This document shows positions 18,649 to 29,148 of a stretch of 64,000 nucleotides of DNA, piece by piece. The stretch's first letter is position 1. Every line of letters begins with the position of its first letter. Source of the DNA: Fibrobacteria bacterium. GTDB lineage: Bacteria; Fibrobacterota; Fibrobacteria; UBA11236. A program made the position numbers and the translations under genes. The stretch covers positions 1-64,000 of the forward strand of contig JBGTHM010000097.1 of the NCBI GenBank assembly GCA_041746255.1, read 5' to 3'. The notes under the pieces are model-generated. The model had not been told where the DNA came from. It worked only from the letters and a program-made list of their open reading frames with translations, and ran no database searches.

Positions 18649-20307
18649 ATGTGGAAGTATTTCGTTTCCACGGTAATAATTCTCAACCTCGACGCTTTTT
18701 CACAAATAACCCTGGAATCCGACTTTTCCACTACCTCCAACCGGGGCGAATCGATGCAATTCCATTGGGACGTTTTCAACCGCATCTCCCCGGGGGGCGA
18801 GATTTCCATAGGGGGCAATCAAAAGGTCCGGATATGCGTGGTGAGACCGCTCGGTGGAAAGGCCGCGAACGGGAGGAAATTGATTGAAGAGGATACTTAC
18901 AAATGGGACGGGCAGAAGTATTACTACGATTGGAAGCCGCTCAAGGATCAAATCAATAGCATTATAGCCAATGAGCAACTCTTTACCTTTTTAATCGATA
19001 ATCTGCCCTGGGCTTTTCAGAGAGGTATCGACCGCCAGGGACGCCCGGAAATTGAAACCTATGGCAATGCCTGGGGTCCAAACGACCCGGAGGCCTGGGC
19101 CACTTACATCAAGGCGATGTTAAATGAAATGATAAAAACCTATGGCCGGCAGCAAGTTGCCCAATGGCGGTATTGCATAGGACGGGAAGTGGGCACGCCC
19201 GGACATTGGCAGGAAGGACAAGCCGCTTTTTTCGAACACTACCGGAATACCGAAAAGGCCGTCCGGGCAGTTATCCCCGAGGCGAAAGTGGGGACCCATT
19301 TCCTCTGGGCCTCATCCAATTATTCCTATGGCCCCGATTTTGTGAAATGGAGCAAAGCCAATAAATCCCCTTACGATTTTATCGGCGTTTCCTTTTACCC
19401 TTTTTATGACAAGATTGGAAGAGTTGATCTGGACGAGGTGTATCGAAAAGATTTCGCTCCCATCAAGGATCAACCGGATTGGAATCCGGCGGCCACCTTG
19501 GAGCTTCATGAATATGCTTTGATTAGTAGCCTGAATGTACAAGGAAACGGCTTTACCAGGCCGACCGCCCAGTACACGGAATCCTTTAATGTAATGTTGA
19601 CCAAAATGATGTACGAAAATGGCATGCAAGACGTATATCAGTGGGGCTCCACAACGACGAGCCCTGCCCTGCAGGCGTTCCGGGAGATGACGGGAAATAC
19701 GTATTATAAGAATTCCAAGCGCGGCGCTCCCCAGTCGCAAGGAAACATGATTAACGCCATCTTCTCCCGGGACGAGGGAAAGAAGAAATTTAACATCGTC
19801 GCTTATAGCTACAATGCCGATCCAGGGGCAAAAATTTCGGAAACGGTGAACATCGTGGCCAGGGTTCCTTCCTTGCCGAATACCGACATTTCATATCGCA
19901 TCGCGGAATATCGTAACTCGGACCGTCGCGCCCAGTGGAGCGATTGGAAAAAATCCAGAACCTTACCTGACGCAAACAGCAAGTACTCCGTTTTCACCCA
20001 TAGTGCAAATTTAGAGCCGTTCTCCTTTTACAAACTTGAGATTATCGCCGATTCGGAAATTCCAGGTGTTGGAGTTTCGCTTCTACCCCAAAATGGCGGC
20101 AAAAGGCTTTTCGTTAAATCCAACAAAATGGGAATAAACCAGCTTGAGTATCGCTCCCCGGCCAGCGGAAACGGCGTATTGGAGATCCATGACGTGTTGG
20201 GCCATAGGGTTTATTCCCGGTCGGTAGAAATAATCCCAGGGACCAATAAATTCAATCTTCCGTCCTCATCACTTCCATCGGGCCATTACCTGATATCTTT
20301 GGATTAA
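18649..20307 (+). CDS. Secreted GH39-like (clan GH-A) glycoside hydrolase with T9SS-like tail
   Basis: RBS AGGAG; P-N-D-x-x-x-W, YG...V..WRY..G.E, DFIGVSFY, LHEY; tail IHDVLG...PSGHYLI. Confidence 0.65.
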   Translation: MWKYFVSTVIILNLDAFSQITLESDFSTTSNRGESMQFHWDVFNRISPGGEISIGGNQKVRICVVRPLGGKAANGRKLIEEDTYKWDGQKYYYDWKPLKDQINSIIANEQLFTFLIDNLPWAFQRGIDRQGRPEIETYGNAWGPNDPEAWATYIKAMLNEMIKTYGRQQVAQWRYCIGREVGTPGHWQEGQAAFFEHYRNTEKAVRAVIPEAKVGTHFLWASSNYSYGPDFVKWSKANKSPYDFIGVSFYPFYDKIGRVDLDEVYRKDFAPIKDQPDWNPAATLELHEYALISSLNVQGNGFTRPTAQYTESFNVMLTKMMYENGMQDVYQWGSTTTSPALQAFREMTGNTYYKNSKRGAPQSQGNMINAIFSRDEGKKKFNIVAYSYNADPGAKISETVNIVARVPSLPNTDISYRIAEYRNSDRRAQWSDWKKSRTLPDANSKYSVFTHSANLEPFSFYKLEIIADSEIPGVGVSLLPQNGGKRLFVKSNKMGINQLEYRSPASGNGVLEIHDVLGHRVYSRSVEIIPGTNKFNLPSSSLPSGHYLISLD

Positions 20308-20455
20308 AAAATCGAACATTGCCTGATGGCCTTACGGTTGAGGCAAATTTCGGGGCATGGATTTGCGGGTTTTTTATGCAAAATCTACCTTCTAGGGCTA
20401 CCCGCTAGGCCGTTTCGCCTTCGGGCGGTTTTCCAGACCGGAACCGGAGCGCGTC

Positions 20456-21070
20456 ATGTCCATCCATTCTATTTATCGCCTCCCCCTTTTTATCCTGGTC
20501 TCTATGGCTCTGACCTGGCCAAATGAGCTTCCTGTTGGCTTGCGCACAAACGGAGACCTCGACCACGAATTGATAAAACGCATGTATTACGAAGCGGAAT
20601 TCGCTTTGGTAAGTCAGGCTCTGGAAAATTTTTTAGCTAGCTCGAATAATCCTTCCCGTGAGGATCGGATTTTTGCCTACAAATATCTTTCGGTTATCAA
20701 CGCTTCCAGCGAGAATACCCGTCAACGCGCCGAAAGTTATATGTATCAGTTATTGCGCCTAAATCCGGAAATCGATCTCATCGACCTGTACATTTCCGAG
20801 CATATCGAATCGATTTTCAACAAAGTAAAAGACCGGTTTGTCCGCATGGAACAATTGAATCCCGGCCAAGCCACTCCCCAGGAAGATACCCTGGCCATAA
20901 CTAGCCCCGCCGAACCAGTCCAAAAAGTAGCCGGCAACAACGCCCCAGGCCGCTGGGTCTGGTACGCCGCAGGTGGAGCCGGCTTGGTGGCGGCAATAAC
21001 CCTATACGCGTTTTCCCTCGATGAGCCCGATAATACCCCCACCCAGCAAATCCTAATACCCTTGGAATGA
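20456..21070 (+). CDS. Hypothetical helical (TPR-like) secreted protein with C-terminal hydrophobic segment
   Basis: Signal peptide, helical core, WVWYAAGGAGLVAAITLYAF; paralog of 59050..59667. Confidence 0.75.
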   Translation: MSIHSIYRLPLFILVSMALTWPNELPVGLRTNGDLDHELIKRMYYEAEFALVSQALENFLASSNNPSREDRIFAYKYLSVINASSENTRQRAESYMYQLLRLNPEIDLIDLYISEHIESIFNKVKDRFVRMEQLNPGQATPQEDTLAITSPAEPVQKVAGNNAPGRWVWYAAGGAGLVAAITLYAFSLDEPDNTPTQQILIPLE

Positions 21071-21074
21071 GAAA

Positions 21075-23534
21075 GTGAATAGGCTTCCCCCATTTTCCCT
21101 TCGGCTGGTATATTCCCTCTGCCTGACTCTGATTTTCTGGGCTTGCAATGCAACCGACCCCGATCCCCGCCGCGTTCTCCAATTCGAACTTAAAAACATG
21201 GACGATCAAAAGGCTGACAGCTTCAACGTGGCCATCTATTCCTTACCACGCGAAAGCGCGCCTTTGCATATTTACACCAAGGTTATTCGCATCGATTCAG
21301 CGGTGTTCACCTTGGCCATCGATTCCCATTTACCTGCACGCTTCGAAGCCGACGTACGGGGATTCTTCCAAGGGAAACCGATTTTTTTCAAACGCGTGCA
21401 AGTCGAAGGCAATACCTTTTCCTCCTCCATCAACCTTCCCGTCGACACGGAACCGATTGATCCCTTCAACTCCGTACCCTTGGCCTTTCCCGATACGCTC
21501 CATGCTCAAGAGGATGCCATGCTCGTCTTTCCCGCATCCGACCTGGTTAAAAATGATTTGGACGGCGATAGCGACCCATTACGGGTAGACAGTGTTTTCA
21601 CTCCCCTCCATGGCGCCGTTTCACTTTCGGGGGGCAACATCACTTTCATTCCGGAACCGGATTTTTTCGGAGAGGCTGGTTTTACATATCGGGTAAATGA
21701 CAATCGGGGCGGCAAGGCTATTGCCCAGGTATACATCCTATTGGCTCCGGTGGACGACCCACCGAAATTCACCTCCTTGGATCCGCAGAGCGTAGAGGAA
21801 GGACAAGAGCTGACTTTTACCGTTAGTGCCGAAGATCCCGACGGAGACTTGCTGGTTTACCATTTGGTGCAACCTCCACCCGGAGCCAGTTTCGACACCT
21901 TGTCAGGACTCTTTTCCTGGACCCCGGACTTCGACCAGGACGGCGAATACATTTTAACCTTTGCAGTTCGCGACACTTCAAATCCGCCACTTACCGATAG
22001 CATGGAAGTCGAAATCGAAGTAATCGATTACCCCTTGACCGAAATAAATTTTGCCACCGCTTCCGGTTCCGGCCAGGAAGGAGTGGCTGCACTCGTCACT
22101 GTGGCCCTGCAATCCGCCTCCTTGCGCGAAGTTACCATTCGTTTAGTGACTGAAGATGTCACGGCGCAAGGCGGCAAAGATTATACGCCGCTGGATACAG
22201 TGCTTAAATTCACTCCCGGCCAGTTCTCCAAAGCCTTGTCCGTACAGGTAAACGATGATGCCCTTAACGAGGAAAATGAAACCTTTCGACTGGTCTTGAA
22301 AGAACCCGGAAATGTAAGGGTAGGCCTAATCGGAACCTTGGAATACACTATTGTGGATAACGACCCCATTCCATCCGGGGTGATTTGCGTGGATTCTGCC
22401 GCCGCCCCGGGAGGGGACGGTAAAGGCTGGGGCAGGGCCTTACGCACCCTGCAGGAAGCGCTTACGCTTGCCGTTTCGGGTCAGGAAATTTGGTTGGCTA
22501 AAGGTACGTATATACCGGGTGAGTCCCGTGCCTCCACCTTTACCTTGAAATCGGGAGTCGACCTCTACGGGGGCTTCGCCGGAGGTGAAACCCAACGCGA
22601 CCTACGTGATCCGGCGCGGAATTTATCGGTGCTCAGCGGTGAGATAGGCGCACCTGGTCCGGATGACAATATCCACCACGTTGTGGTAGCTTGGCAGGCA
22701 ACCGATGTGGAAGTGGATGGTCTGGTGATCACCGCAGGTAATGCCGTGGGGTCACCCCCGGTGGCCGGCGTATCGGGTTTTACCGCCACTTCGGGAGGAG
22801 GTGTCTATGCGGCGGGTAGCGGAGTGACGATTCGAAATACGGTCTTCACCGATAACCGGGGAGTTATGGGCGGCGCTCTCTCTACGGACGGAAGTCTGGT
22901 TGTGGGTTGCGTTTTCGCTGGAAACGCCGCGACCCGGAATGGAGGTGGCATTTCGGGTTCACGCTTTAAGATTTACAATTCCGTTTTTCACAAAAACAGT
23001 GCTGAAAGAGGTGGGGCGGTGCAACTACAGCGTTACATGAATACTTGGAACTCCGCTTTTATCGCCTTTTCCACCTTCACGGAAAATGTGGCATCCTATT
23101 TTGGAGGCGCGCTTTATGCCAACCAGAACGCTCCCCTGGAAATACGCGCCAGCATTCTATGGGCCAACATAGCCCAAGATGGAAGCCAGATTTATTTCGA
23201 CGGGAACCACTCCCACATCCAAGCATGGGAATCCACGGTGCAGGACCGATATGCTGATGGTTCGGCGAACAGCGAAGGGTCCGCGAATGTTATTTGGAGT
23301 TCGGGAATTGTGGATATCAATCCGGGCGGTAACCCCGGCTTCTCCGCGCCTGGAAATCCCCTCGGACCCGATGGACTTTGGCGAACGGCGGACGACGGCC
23401 TGCGACTCGGATCCGAAAGCCCCTTACGGGATAAGGTCACCCAAGCCGCGCCGCCGGAATTATCAGGACGCGACATTCTCGGAGAAGGGCGTGTCCAAGG
23501 AGACAAGGCGGACATGGGAGCCTACGAGCAATAA
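21075..23534 (+). CDS. Large surface lipoprotein: cadherin/Ig-like repeats, Calx-beta and Pmp-like beta-helix
   Basis: Lipobox FWAC; NDLDGDSD...FTYRVND; DPDGD...FSWTP; TAQGGKDY...DDALNEENETF; GGA(L/V)/FxxN repeats; DMGAYE end. Confidence 0.82.
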   Translation: MNRLPPFSLRLVYSLCLTLIFWACNATDPDPRRVLQFELKNMDDQKADSFNVAIYSLPRESAPLHIYTKVIRIDSAVFTLAIDSHLPARFEADVRGFFQGKPIFFKRVQVEGNTFSSSINLPVDTEPIDPFNSVPLAFPDTLHAQEDAMLVFPASDLVKNDLDGDSDPLRVDSVFTPLHGAVSLSGGNITFIPEPDFFGEAGFTYRVNDNRGGKAIAQVYILLAPVDDPPKFTSLDPQSVEEGQELTFTVSAEDPDGDLLVYHLVQPPPGASFDTLSGLFSWTPDFDQDGEYILTFAVRDTSNPPLTDSMEVEIEVIDYPLTEINFATASGSGQEGVAALVTVALQSASLREVTIRLVTEDVTAQGGKDYTPLDTVLKFTPGQFSKALSVQVNDDALNEENETFRLVLKEPGNVRVGLIGTLEYTIVDNDPIPSGVICVDSAAAPGGDGKGWGRALRTLQEALTLAVSGQEIWLAKGTYIPGESRASTFTLKSGVDLYGGFAGGETQRDLRDPARNLSVLSGEIGAPGPDDNIHHVVVAWQATDVEVDGLVITAGNAVGSPPVAGVSGFTATSGGGVYAAGSGVTIRNTVFTDNRGVMGGALSTDGSLVVGCVFAGNAATRNGGGISGSRFKIYNSVFHKNSAERGGAVQLQRYMNTWNSAFIAFSTFTENVASYFGGALYANQNAPLEIRASILWANIAQDGSQIYFDGNHSHIQAWESTVQDRYADGSANSEGSANVIWSSGIVDINPGGNPGFSAPGNPLGPDGLWRTADDGLRLGSESPLRDKVTQAAPPELSGRDILGEGRVQGDKADMGAYEQ

Positions 23535-23537
23535 GCC

Positions 23538-24323
23538 ATGGATAAGTCCGCATACCTCGCCCGAAAACAAAGTCTCGATCGGGAATCACTCCATTACAAA
23601 AGGGAGAATACCTGTTATACCTGTTTCTGGCTGGAAGAACTTTGCCTATGCCCGCTTATCGAACCGTTCGCCACCGATACCCGCTTTGTTATCCTCATGC
23701 ACCCCAAAGAGGCCAAAACCGAGAAGCTCGGTACCGGAAGGATATGCCGGGCGGCGCTGCTCAATTCGGAAATCATCGTCGGCATCGACTTCACGAAGGA
23801 CCCGAAAGTTAACGCCATCATCGAAGCCCCCCAAAACCATTGTCTGGTTCTCTATCCCGGCGAAAACTCGTTGAACATTTCCACTCAGGATGTCTCGCCT
23901 CTGACGCAATCCAAAAATTCGGGGCGAAAATTGGTGGTATTCCTGATCGACGGAACCTGGACTTGCGCCAAAAAAATGATGACCCAGTCGCGGAATATCC
24001 GGGGGCTTCCCCGCGTCTCCTTCTCCGCCTCCCACGAATCCATTTTCGAAATCAAACAGCAACCGGCCGTCTATTGTTTATCCACCTTGGAGTCGATTCA
24101 TTTTTTCCTGACCGAAGCCGACCGGGTCGGCTTGGAAAGCCTTCCTGCCAAACCCCAGGATAACCTTATCCGGGTTTTCAAATTCATGATCGATTTCATG
24201 TTGAAATGCGCGCGCGACCCCGATAAAAAAGGCTACCGCCGCTCAACCGGCGGCTACACCTCGAAAACCTCCCGCAAACTCCGTAAAAAATCCGGCGGCC
24301 GCAGCATCATATTGCTCGATTGA
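23538..24323 (+). CDS. DTW-domain tRNA-uridine aminocarboxypropyltransferase (TapT-like)
   Basis: CxxC...CxC, HPKE, LIDGTW, LSTLE motifs. Confidence 0.88.
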   Translation: MDKSAYLARKQSLDRESLHYKRENTCYTCFWLEELCLCPLIEPFATDTRFVILMHPKEAKTEKLGTGRICRAALLNSEIIVGIDFTKDPKVNAIIEAPQNHCLVLYPGENSLNISTQDVSPLTQSKNSGRKLVVFLIDGTWTCAKKMMTQSRNIRGLPRVSFSASHESIFEIKQQPAVYCLSTLESIHFFLTEADRVGLESLPAKPQDNLIRVFKFMIDFMLKCARDPDKKGYRRSTGGYTSKTSRKLRKKSGGRSIILLD

Positions 24324-24371
24324 CCGCCGTCATCATCAACCCCCTTCGAAGGGTGAAACCGAAAGAGACTT

Positions 24372-25751
24372 TTGGAAAATATTCCCTTCTCGAAATTGAC
24401 CCTGCCGGACGCCCTTTTGACGAACCTGCAATCCTTGGGGTACACGCATATGACCCCCATACAGTTTCAAGCCTTGCCCCCGGCTTTACAGGGCCACGAT
24501 GTAATCGGCCAGGCCAAAACCGGAAGCGGAAAAACCGCCGCCTACGCAATTCCCCTATTACAAAAACTTAACCTCCGGGAGGATAAGGTCCAGTCGTTGG
24601 TTATCTGCCCCACGCGGGAGTTAAGCGTACAGGTATCTCAGGAAATCCGGCTACTTGCACGCTACCTGGGAAATGTGAAGGCAGTGGCCGTGTATGGCGG
24701 CCAAGCCATCGGGTTACAGAAAGCCGCCCTCAAACAAGGCGCCCATGTCGTGGTAGGCACACCGGGACGCATCAAGGACCTGCTTTCGCGGGGAACGCTT
24801 TCACTACATGGCGTGGAAATGCTGGTACTCGATGAAGCGGATAGAATGATGGAAATGGGATTTTTGCACGAGGTCCTCGAAATCGTGAGCACTATTCCCG
24901 CAACCCGCCAAACTTTATTGTTTTCCGCCACCTACCCCGAAAACATTCAAGCCCTTAGCGCCCGCTTTCAAAAGGATCCCGTATTGGTTACCGCCGAATC
25001 GGAAGTTAGTCATATCGATATAGAACAAAGAATCTACGCATGCGGAGAAGCCCAAAAACCCGAGGCCCTCGTCTCCCTGTTGTCGCGGTTCAGTCCCCAA
25101 TCCACGCTCATATTCTGCAATACCAAGGCAGCCGTCAAAGATATCTACACCTACCTGCAGGCGAAAGGTTTCAGCGTATCCGCCCTGCATGGAGACTTGG
25201 AGCAAAGGGACCGGGAGAAAATACTCCTTCAGTTCAAGCACCAGGGAAGCCGGGTGCTGGTTGCCACCGACGTGGCGGCGCGAGGTCTGGACATCGAAGA
25301 ACTTTCTGCGGTCATCAATTTCGAATCGCCCCATGATCCTGAATCGTATATCCATCGCATCGGCCGTACTGGTCGCGCCGGTAAGGCGGGTATGGCCTTC
25401 ACCCTGTTCGCTCCCTCCGAAAAGACGAAAATCGACTCGCTCCGCGAGGCCCTGGGCTCGAATATTGCCATCGAATCCATCGCCGCGAATGCCGGAAAAT
25501 CCGGAAAACCGCTGGTTTCGAATAAAGCCACACTTTGCATCGCCGCGGGCCGCAGGAACAAAATCCGGGCAGGTGATATTTTAGGCGCCCTGACGGGTGA
25601 AAACGGCATCGATGGAAAGGCGGTCGGTAAAATAGATGTAATGGATTATGAAGCGTATGTGACTGTGGATGCTAAGGACGTTAAAAAGGCCTTCTCGCAT
25701 TTAAGCGAGCGGAAAATCAAAGGCCAGAAATATAAAGTCAGGATGCTTTAG
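24372..25751 (+). CDS. dbpA: ATP-dependent RNA helicase DbpA
   Basis: AKTGSGKT, PTREL, DEAD, SAT, HRIGRTGR and C-terminal RNA-binding domain GRRNKIRAGDILGAL. Confidence 0.93.
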   Translation: MENIPFSKLTLPDALLTNLQSLGYTHMTPIQFQALPPALQGHDVIGQAKTGSGKTAAYAIPLLQKLNLREDKVQSLVICPTRELSVQVSQEIRLLARYLGNVKAVAVYGGQAIGLQKAALKQGAHVVVGTPGRIKDLLSRGTLSLHGVEMLVLDEADRMMEMGFLHEVLEIVSTIPATRQTLLFSATYPENIQALSARFQKDPVLVTAESEVSHIDIEQRIYACGEAQKPEALVSLLSRFSPQSTLIFCNTKAAVKDIYTYLQAKGFSVSALHGDLEQRDREKILLQFKHQGSRVLVATDVAARGLDIEELSAVINFESPHDPESYIHRIGRTGRAGKAGMAFTLFAPSEKTKIDSLREALGSNIAIESIAANAGKSGKPLVSNKATLCIAAGRRNKIRAGDILGALTGENGIDGKAVGKIDVMDYEAYVTVDAKDVKKAFSHLSERKIKGQKYKVRML

Positions 25752-25761
25752 GAGGCGTAAC

Positions 25762-27312
25762 ATTAAAAATAGAAGCCTGGACATAGCCTTAATTGGCGCG
25801 GGACATAATGGACTGGTTGCCGCCATCCTGCTCGCACGTCATGGACTCAAGGTGACCGTTTTTGAGGAAAAGCACGCTATCGGAGGTGCGGCCAAAACCG
25901 AATATCCCTTCTCCAAAGCCCCCGGTGTGGGCATATCCTCGGGAGCCTATTTACTGGGCGTGATGCAACCCGAACTAATCGCACTTCTCGGCGCCGACAT
26001 ACCTCTGATACGGCGCGATCCGCATTATTTTCTTCCCACCCTCAAAAAGGGGTATTTGCTTTTTGGATCTGATGAAGGTGCCATGCACAGGCAATTTCTC
26101 GCCCACTTTTCCGAAAACGACTGGAAGGCCAACCACGCATTGGTTCACGAAATCGGCATGCTTCGAGAGGACCTCGCACCCAGTTGGCTTCAGCCTCCCC
26201 AATCGGTGGAAGCAACCGCCGAACGCTATATCCGACCCGCGTTACGCCAGATTTTTTTGAATCTGGTCAGCAGACCGGTGGAAGAGTACCTCGATCGATT
26301 CGGTTTCAAAAGCGACTTGCTGGTAGCTATGTACGCCGTTACCGATGGATTTTCCGGCCTTACCGGCGGCTTCGGCTCCCCTCGCACCGGGATGAATTTT
26401 CTGGTGCATAATATGTGCCGCCTACCCGGTTCAAGTGGGACCTGGATGGTCGTCGAAGGCGGCATGGGAAGGCTGACGCAGGAACTGGGGCGTCTGGCGC
26501 GAAAGGCCGGGGTGTCCATCGAAACCGGAAGCGGGGTTGCCGGCATATCTCTTCGCGAAGGCCGAGCCGAAGCGCTTATGCTCGAGGACGGCCGTGAAGT
26601 GAAGTCTGATGTGATAGTGTGCAACGCCGACCCCTTCCGGTTACGGGAATTGGTGGGCGCGGAAAATTTGCCCGCTGATTTCAACGCCAAATTGGATGGC
26701 TTCCGCCGTATGGGCACCACCTTGAAAGTGAACATGGCTTTAGACAGGCTGCCCACCTTCACTTGTCTGCCGGGTAATCAGGGGCAACACAACGCCACCA
26801 TCCACCTGCTTCCTCAGGAAGGGGATATTATCAGTCAAATACGCTCTGGGTTCGCACAGGTGATGAAGGGTGAGCTGGCCGACTTCCCCACCATCGAATG
26901 GTATATCCACTCACAAGCAGACCCCAGCCTTAAAGACGCCAAGGGGCGACATAACTCCGCTCTATTCGTGCAATGGGTTCCCTATGCCTTAAACGGTAGT
27001 CGTTGGGAGGACAAGGAAGAGGGATACGTCAAGCATCTATTTGACATCGTCGATCGTTTTGCGCCCGGATTCAGCGACAGCGTAGTGGATACTTTCGTAC
27101 TCACCCCACCCAAGATTGAGAAGCATTTCGGAATTCGTTACGGACACATACACCATGTCGATAATTCCTTCGGATTCGATAAAAGAATGCCCTATAGCAC
27201 TCCAATCGCCGGGCTCTACTCCTGTAGCGCAGGATGCCATCCCGCGGGTTCGGTAATCGGGTCGGCGGGGCACAACGCGGCCATGAAAATATTGGACGAC
27301 CTACGCGGCTGA
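25762..27312 (+). CDS. FAD-dependent oxidoreductase, phytoene desaturase/PYROXD2-like; apparent ATT start
   Basis: In-frame IALIGAGHNGLVAA (Rossmann GxGxxG) lies upstream of the track's GTG 25852; AGGAGG is 6 nt before ATT 25762; C-terminal GLYSCSAGCHPAGSVIG. Confidence 0.88.
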   Translation: MKNRSLDIALIGAGHNGLVAAILLARHGLKVTVFEEKHAIGGAAKTEYPFSKAPGVGISSGAYLLGVMQPELIALLGADIPLIRRDPHYFLPTLKKGYLLFGSDEGAMHRQFLAHFSENDWKANHALVHEIGMLREDLAPSWLQPPQSVEATAERYIRPALRQIFLNLVSRPVEEYLDRFGFKSDLLVAMYAVTDGFSGLTGGFGSPRTGMNFLVHNMCRLPGSSGTWMVVEGGMGRLTQELGRLARKAGVSIETGSGVAGISLREGRAEALMLEDGREVKSDVIVCNADPFRLRELVGAENLPADFNAKLDGFRRMGTTLKVNMALDRLPTFTCLPGNQGQHNATIHLLPQEGDIISQIRSGFAQVMKGELADFPTIEWYIHSQADPSLKDAKGRHNSALFVQWVPYALNGSRWEDKEEGYVKHLFDIVDRFAPGFSDSVVDTFVLTPPKIEKHFGIRYGHIHHVDNSFGFDKRMPYSTPIAGLYSCSAGCHPAGSVIGSAGHNAAMKILDDLRG

Positions 27313-27366
27313 AATCGCGATTGATTATATTTTTCTTCGGGAAATCTCTCAAGAAAAGGATAGCCA

Positions 27367-28482
27367 ATGTTCGTAGTCACCAATCGCGAAGTCGTGGAAA
27401 GCCGCACAGGAGTGGACGCATTCCTGAACTATTGCAATACCCATGGTCCGAATGAATTGAGGATGGCCGAAGTGACACGGACGGGACGTAACTGGAAGGT
27501 CAAAATTCTCCCCGATCAAATATCCGACGCGATGGCAAAAGAGGCGGGGTTGGTAAAAGAAATCGATCCCTTGACCCAAAAGCCTAAGCCTATTTTCGCA
27601 AGCCGGTATGCCGCCCGTAAGATATTGGCCCGAGTCAACCCCGCAGCCTATGGCGGTCGTGGAAAAGGCCGTAATCTGCTGTTTTTCATACACGGTTTCA
27701 ACAATGACGTGAAAGCGGTTCTCGATCGGGCCGAGCAATTCGAGAAGAATTTCGGAGTGGAAGTAATCGTCTTCACCTGGCCCGCAAACGGAGGCGGCAT
27801 CAAGGGAGTCGCCAGCTACAAGAGCGACAAGCGGGATGCGCTCGCTTCCACCGGAGCGCTGGACCGCTGCCTCGGTCGCATCCACGATTACCTCCAGGAA
27901 ATCCATGCGGAGCACGTGAAGCGGGTGGAGGAAGAAGCCGACAAACGTTTTCCCGACGACGCGGAAAAATGGGACCGTTTTTTCAGCTCCCAGTCGCAGC
28001 GCTGGTGTCCCTTCAGCGTCAATATGCTGCTGCATAGTATGGGTAATTATCTCTATAAACACCTACTGCAATCTTCAGTCTACCGGGGCAACCTGCTCCT
28101 TTTCGACAACATCATACTCGCGGCGGCCGACACCAATAACCACAGCCATGCCGAGTGGATGGATGCGATTCCCTGCCGCGGACGACTCTTGGTCACGATT
28201 AACGAAAAGGACAAAGCCCTGTTGGCGTCACGCCTGAAAATGGGCGAGCAGCAAAAAGTACGCCTCGGTCATTATCCTTATCAACTCGTTTCGGAGCGGG
28301 CGGTATATGTCGATTTTACCGGCGCAGCCCATGTCGGCGATTCGCATGCCTACTTCGAGGGAGCGGCGCTGCGGAATAAAAACGTCCAAACCTTTTTCGA
28401 AGAGGCGATTAACGGCCTCCCCGCTGATGAGAGGTTACGTCCCTATTACGACGTAGCGCGGAACCTGTACCGGTGTCGTTGA
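27367..28482 (+). CDS. DUF900-like alpha/beta hydrolase
   Basis: FFIHGFN, FTWP, LHSMG nucleophile elbow, AAAD, RLG, HAYF. Confidence 0.82.
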   Translation: MFVVTNREVVESRTGVDAFLNYCNTHGPNELRMAEVTRTGRNWKVKILPDQISDAMAKEAGLVKEIDPLTQKPKPIFASRYAARKILARVNPAAYGGRGKGRNLLFFIHGFNNDVKAVLDRAEQFEKNFGVEVIVFTWPANGGGIKGVASYKSDKRDALASTGALDRCLGRIHDYLQEIHAEHVKRVEEEADKRFPDDAEKWDRFFSSQSQRWCPFSVNMLLHSMGNYLYKHLLQSSVYRGNLLLFDNIILAAADTNNHSHAEWMDAIPCRGRLLVTINEKDKALLASRLKMGEQQKVRLGHYPYQLVSERAVYVDFTGAAHVGDSHAYFEGAALRNKNVQTFFEEAINGLPADERLRPYYDVARNLYRCR

Positions 28483-28564
28483 GCCTCTTTGGCCGACATC
28501 AGAAAAGTCTCTCTATTATTATTTTTTCAAATTTTCGCGAATTGCGAAGTCAAGAGGAGGTACC

Positions 28565-29131
28565 ATGAAGATTCTGAAAAATACACTGCTGGTTATTCTG
28601 GTTGCAATTATTGCCCTCGCGGCAATCGGAATGTTTCTGCCACGCGAATATAAGGTGGAAAGATCCGTAGTCATCCAAGCCCCTGTGGATGTTGTTTTCG
28701 ATCAGGTGAACGACCTCAAGAAAAACGAGGCTTGGTCCCCGTGGGACGACCCTACCATGGTGATTACCTATAGCGCCGTCACCGTTGGCGAAGGCGCTTC
28801 CAGCCATTGGACCTCCCAGGATATGGGAAACGGCTCACAAACCATCGAGGAAAGCGTAACCAATCAATCGATTCGCACCCATCTCGACTTTGGTTCCATG
28901 GGTACCGCCAAAGCTCATTGGTATTTCGTCCCCAATGAAGATGGAATCAAAACCACCCAGGCCATGACGGGTGATCAAGGCTTGAACCCATTCAAACGCT
29001 ATTTCACGCTGATGGTGGATAAGATGATCGGCCCCCAGTTCGAAAAGGGCTTGGCTGCATTGAAAGCGGTTTCCGAAGCCAAGGCCTCGGAGATGGAAAT
29101 GGAAAACCTCCTCGAACCGGAAGTCGAATAA
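28565..29131 (+). CDS. SRPBCC (polyketide cyclase/START-like) protein with N-terminal anchor
   Basis: VERSVVIQAP...VF..VNDL...WSPW; FEKGLAALK; RBS GAGGAGG. Confidence 0.88.
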   Translation: MKILKNTLLVILVAIIALAAIGMFLPREYKVERSVVIQAPVDVVFDQVNDLKKNEAWSPWDDPTMVITYSAVTVGEGASSHWTSQDMGNGSQTIEESVTNQSIRTHLDFGSMGTAKAHWYFVPNEDGIKTTQAMTGDQGLNPFKRYFTLMVDKMIGPQFEKGLAALKAVSEAKASEMEMENLLEPEVE

Positions 29132-29148
29132 ACTCCGGTGCAAATTCG

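Noticed and set aside
20305..20345. Possible readthrough of the GH39-like stop (LD*KIEHCLMALR)
   Set aside because: Cannot be distinguished from chance without orthologs; covered under the tail-length finding.
20415..20432. UUCG-loop hairpin followed by TTTT
   Set aside because: A 4-5 bp stem and short U-tract are too weak to call a terminator.
27367..28482. DUF900-like hydrolase as a T6SS lipase effector
   Set aside because: No adjacent vgrG, immunity gene or shared promoter box.
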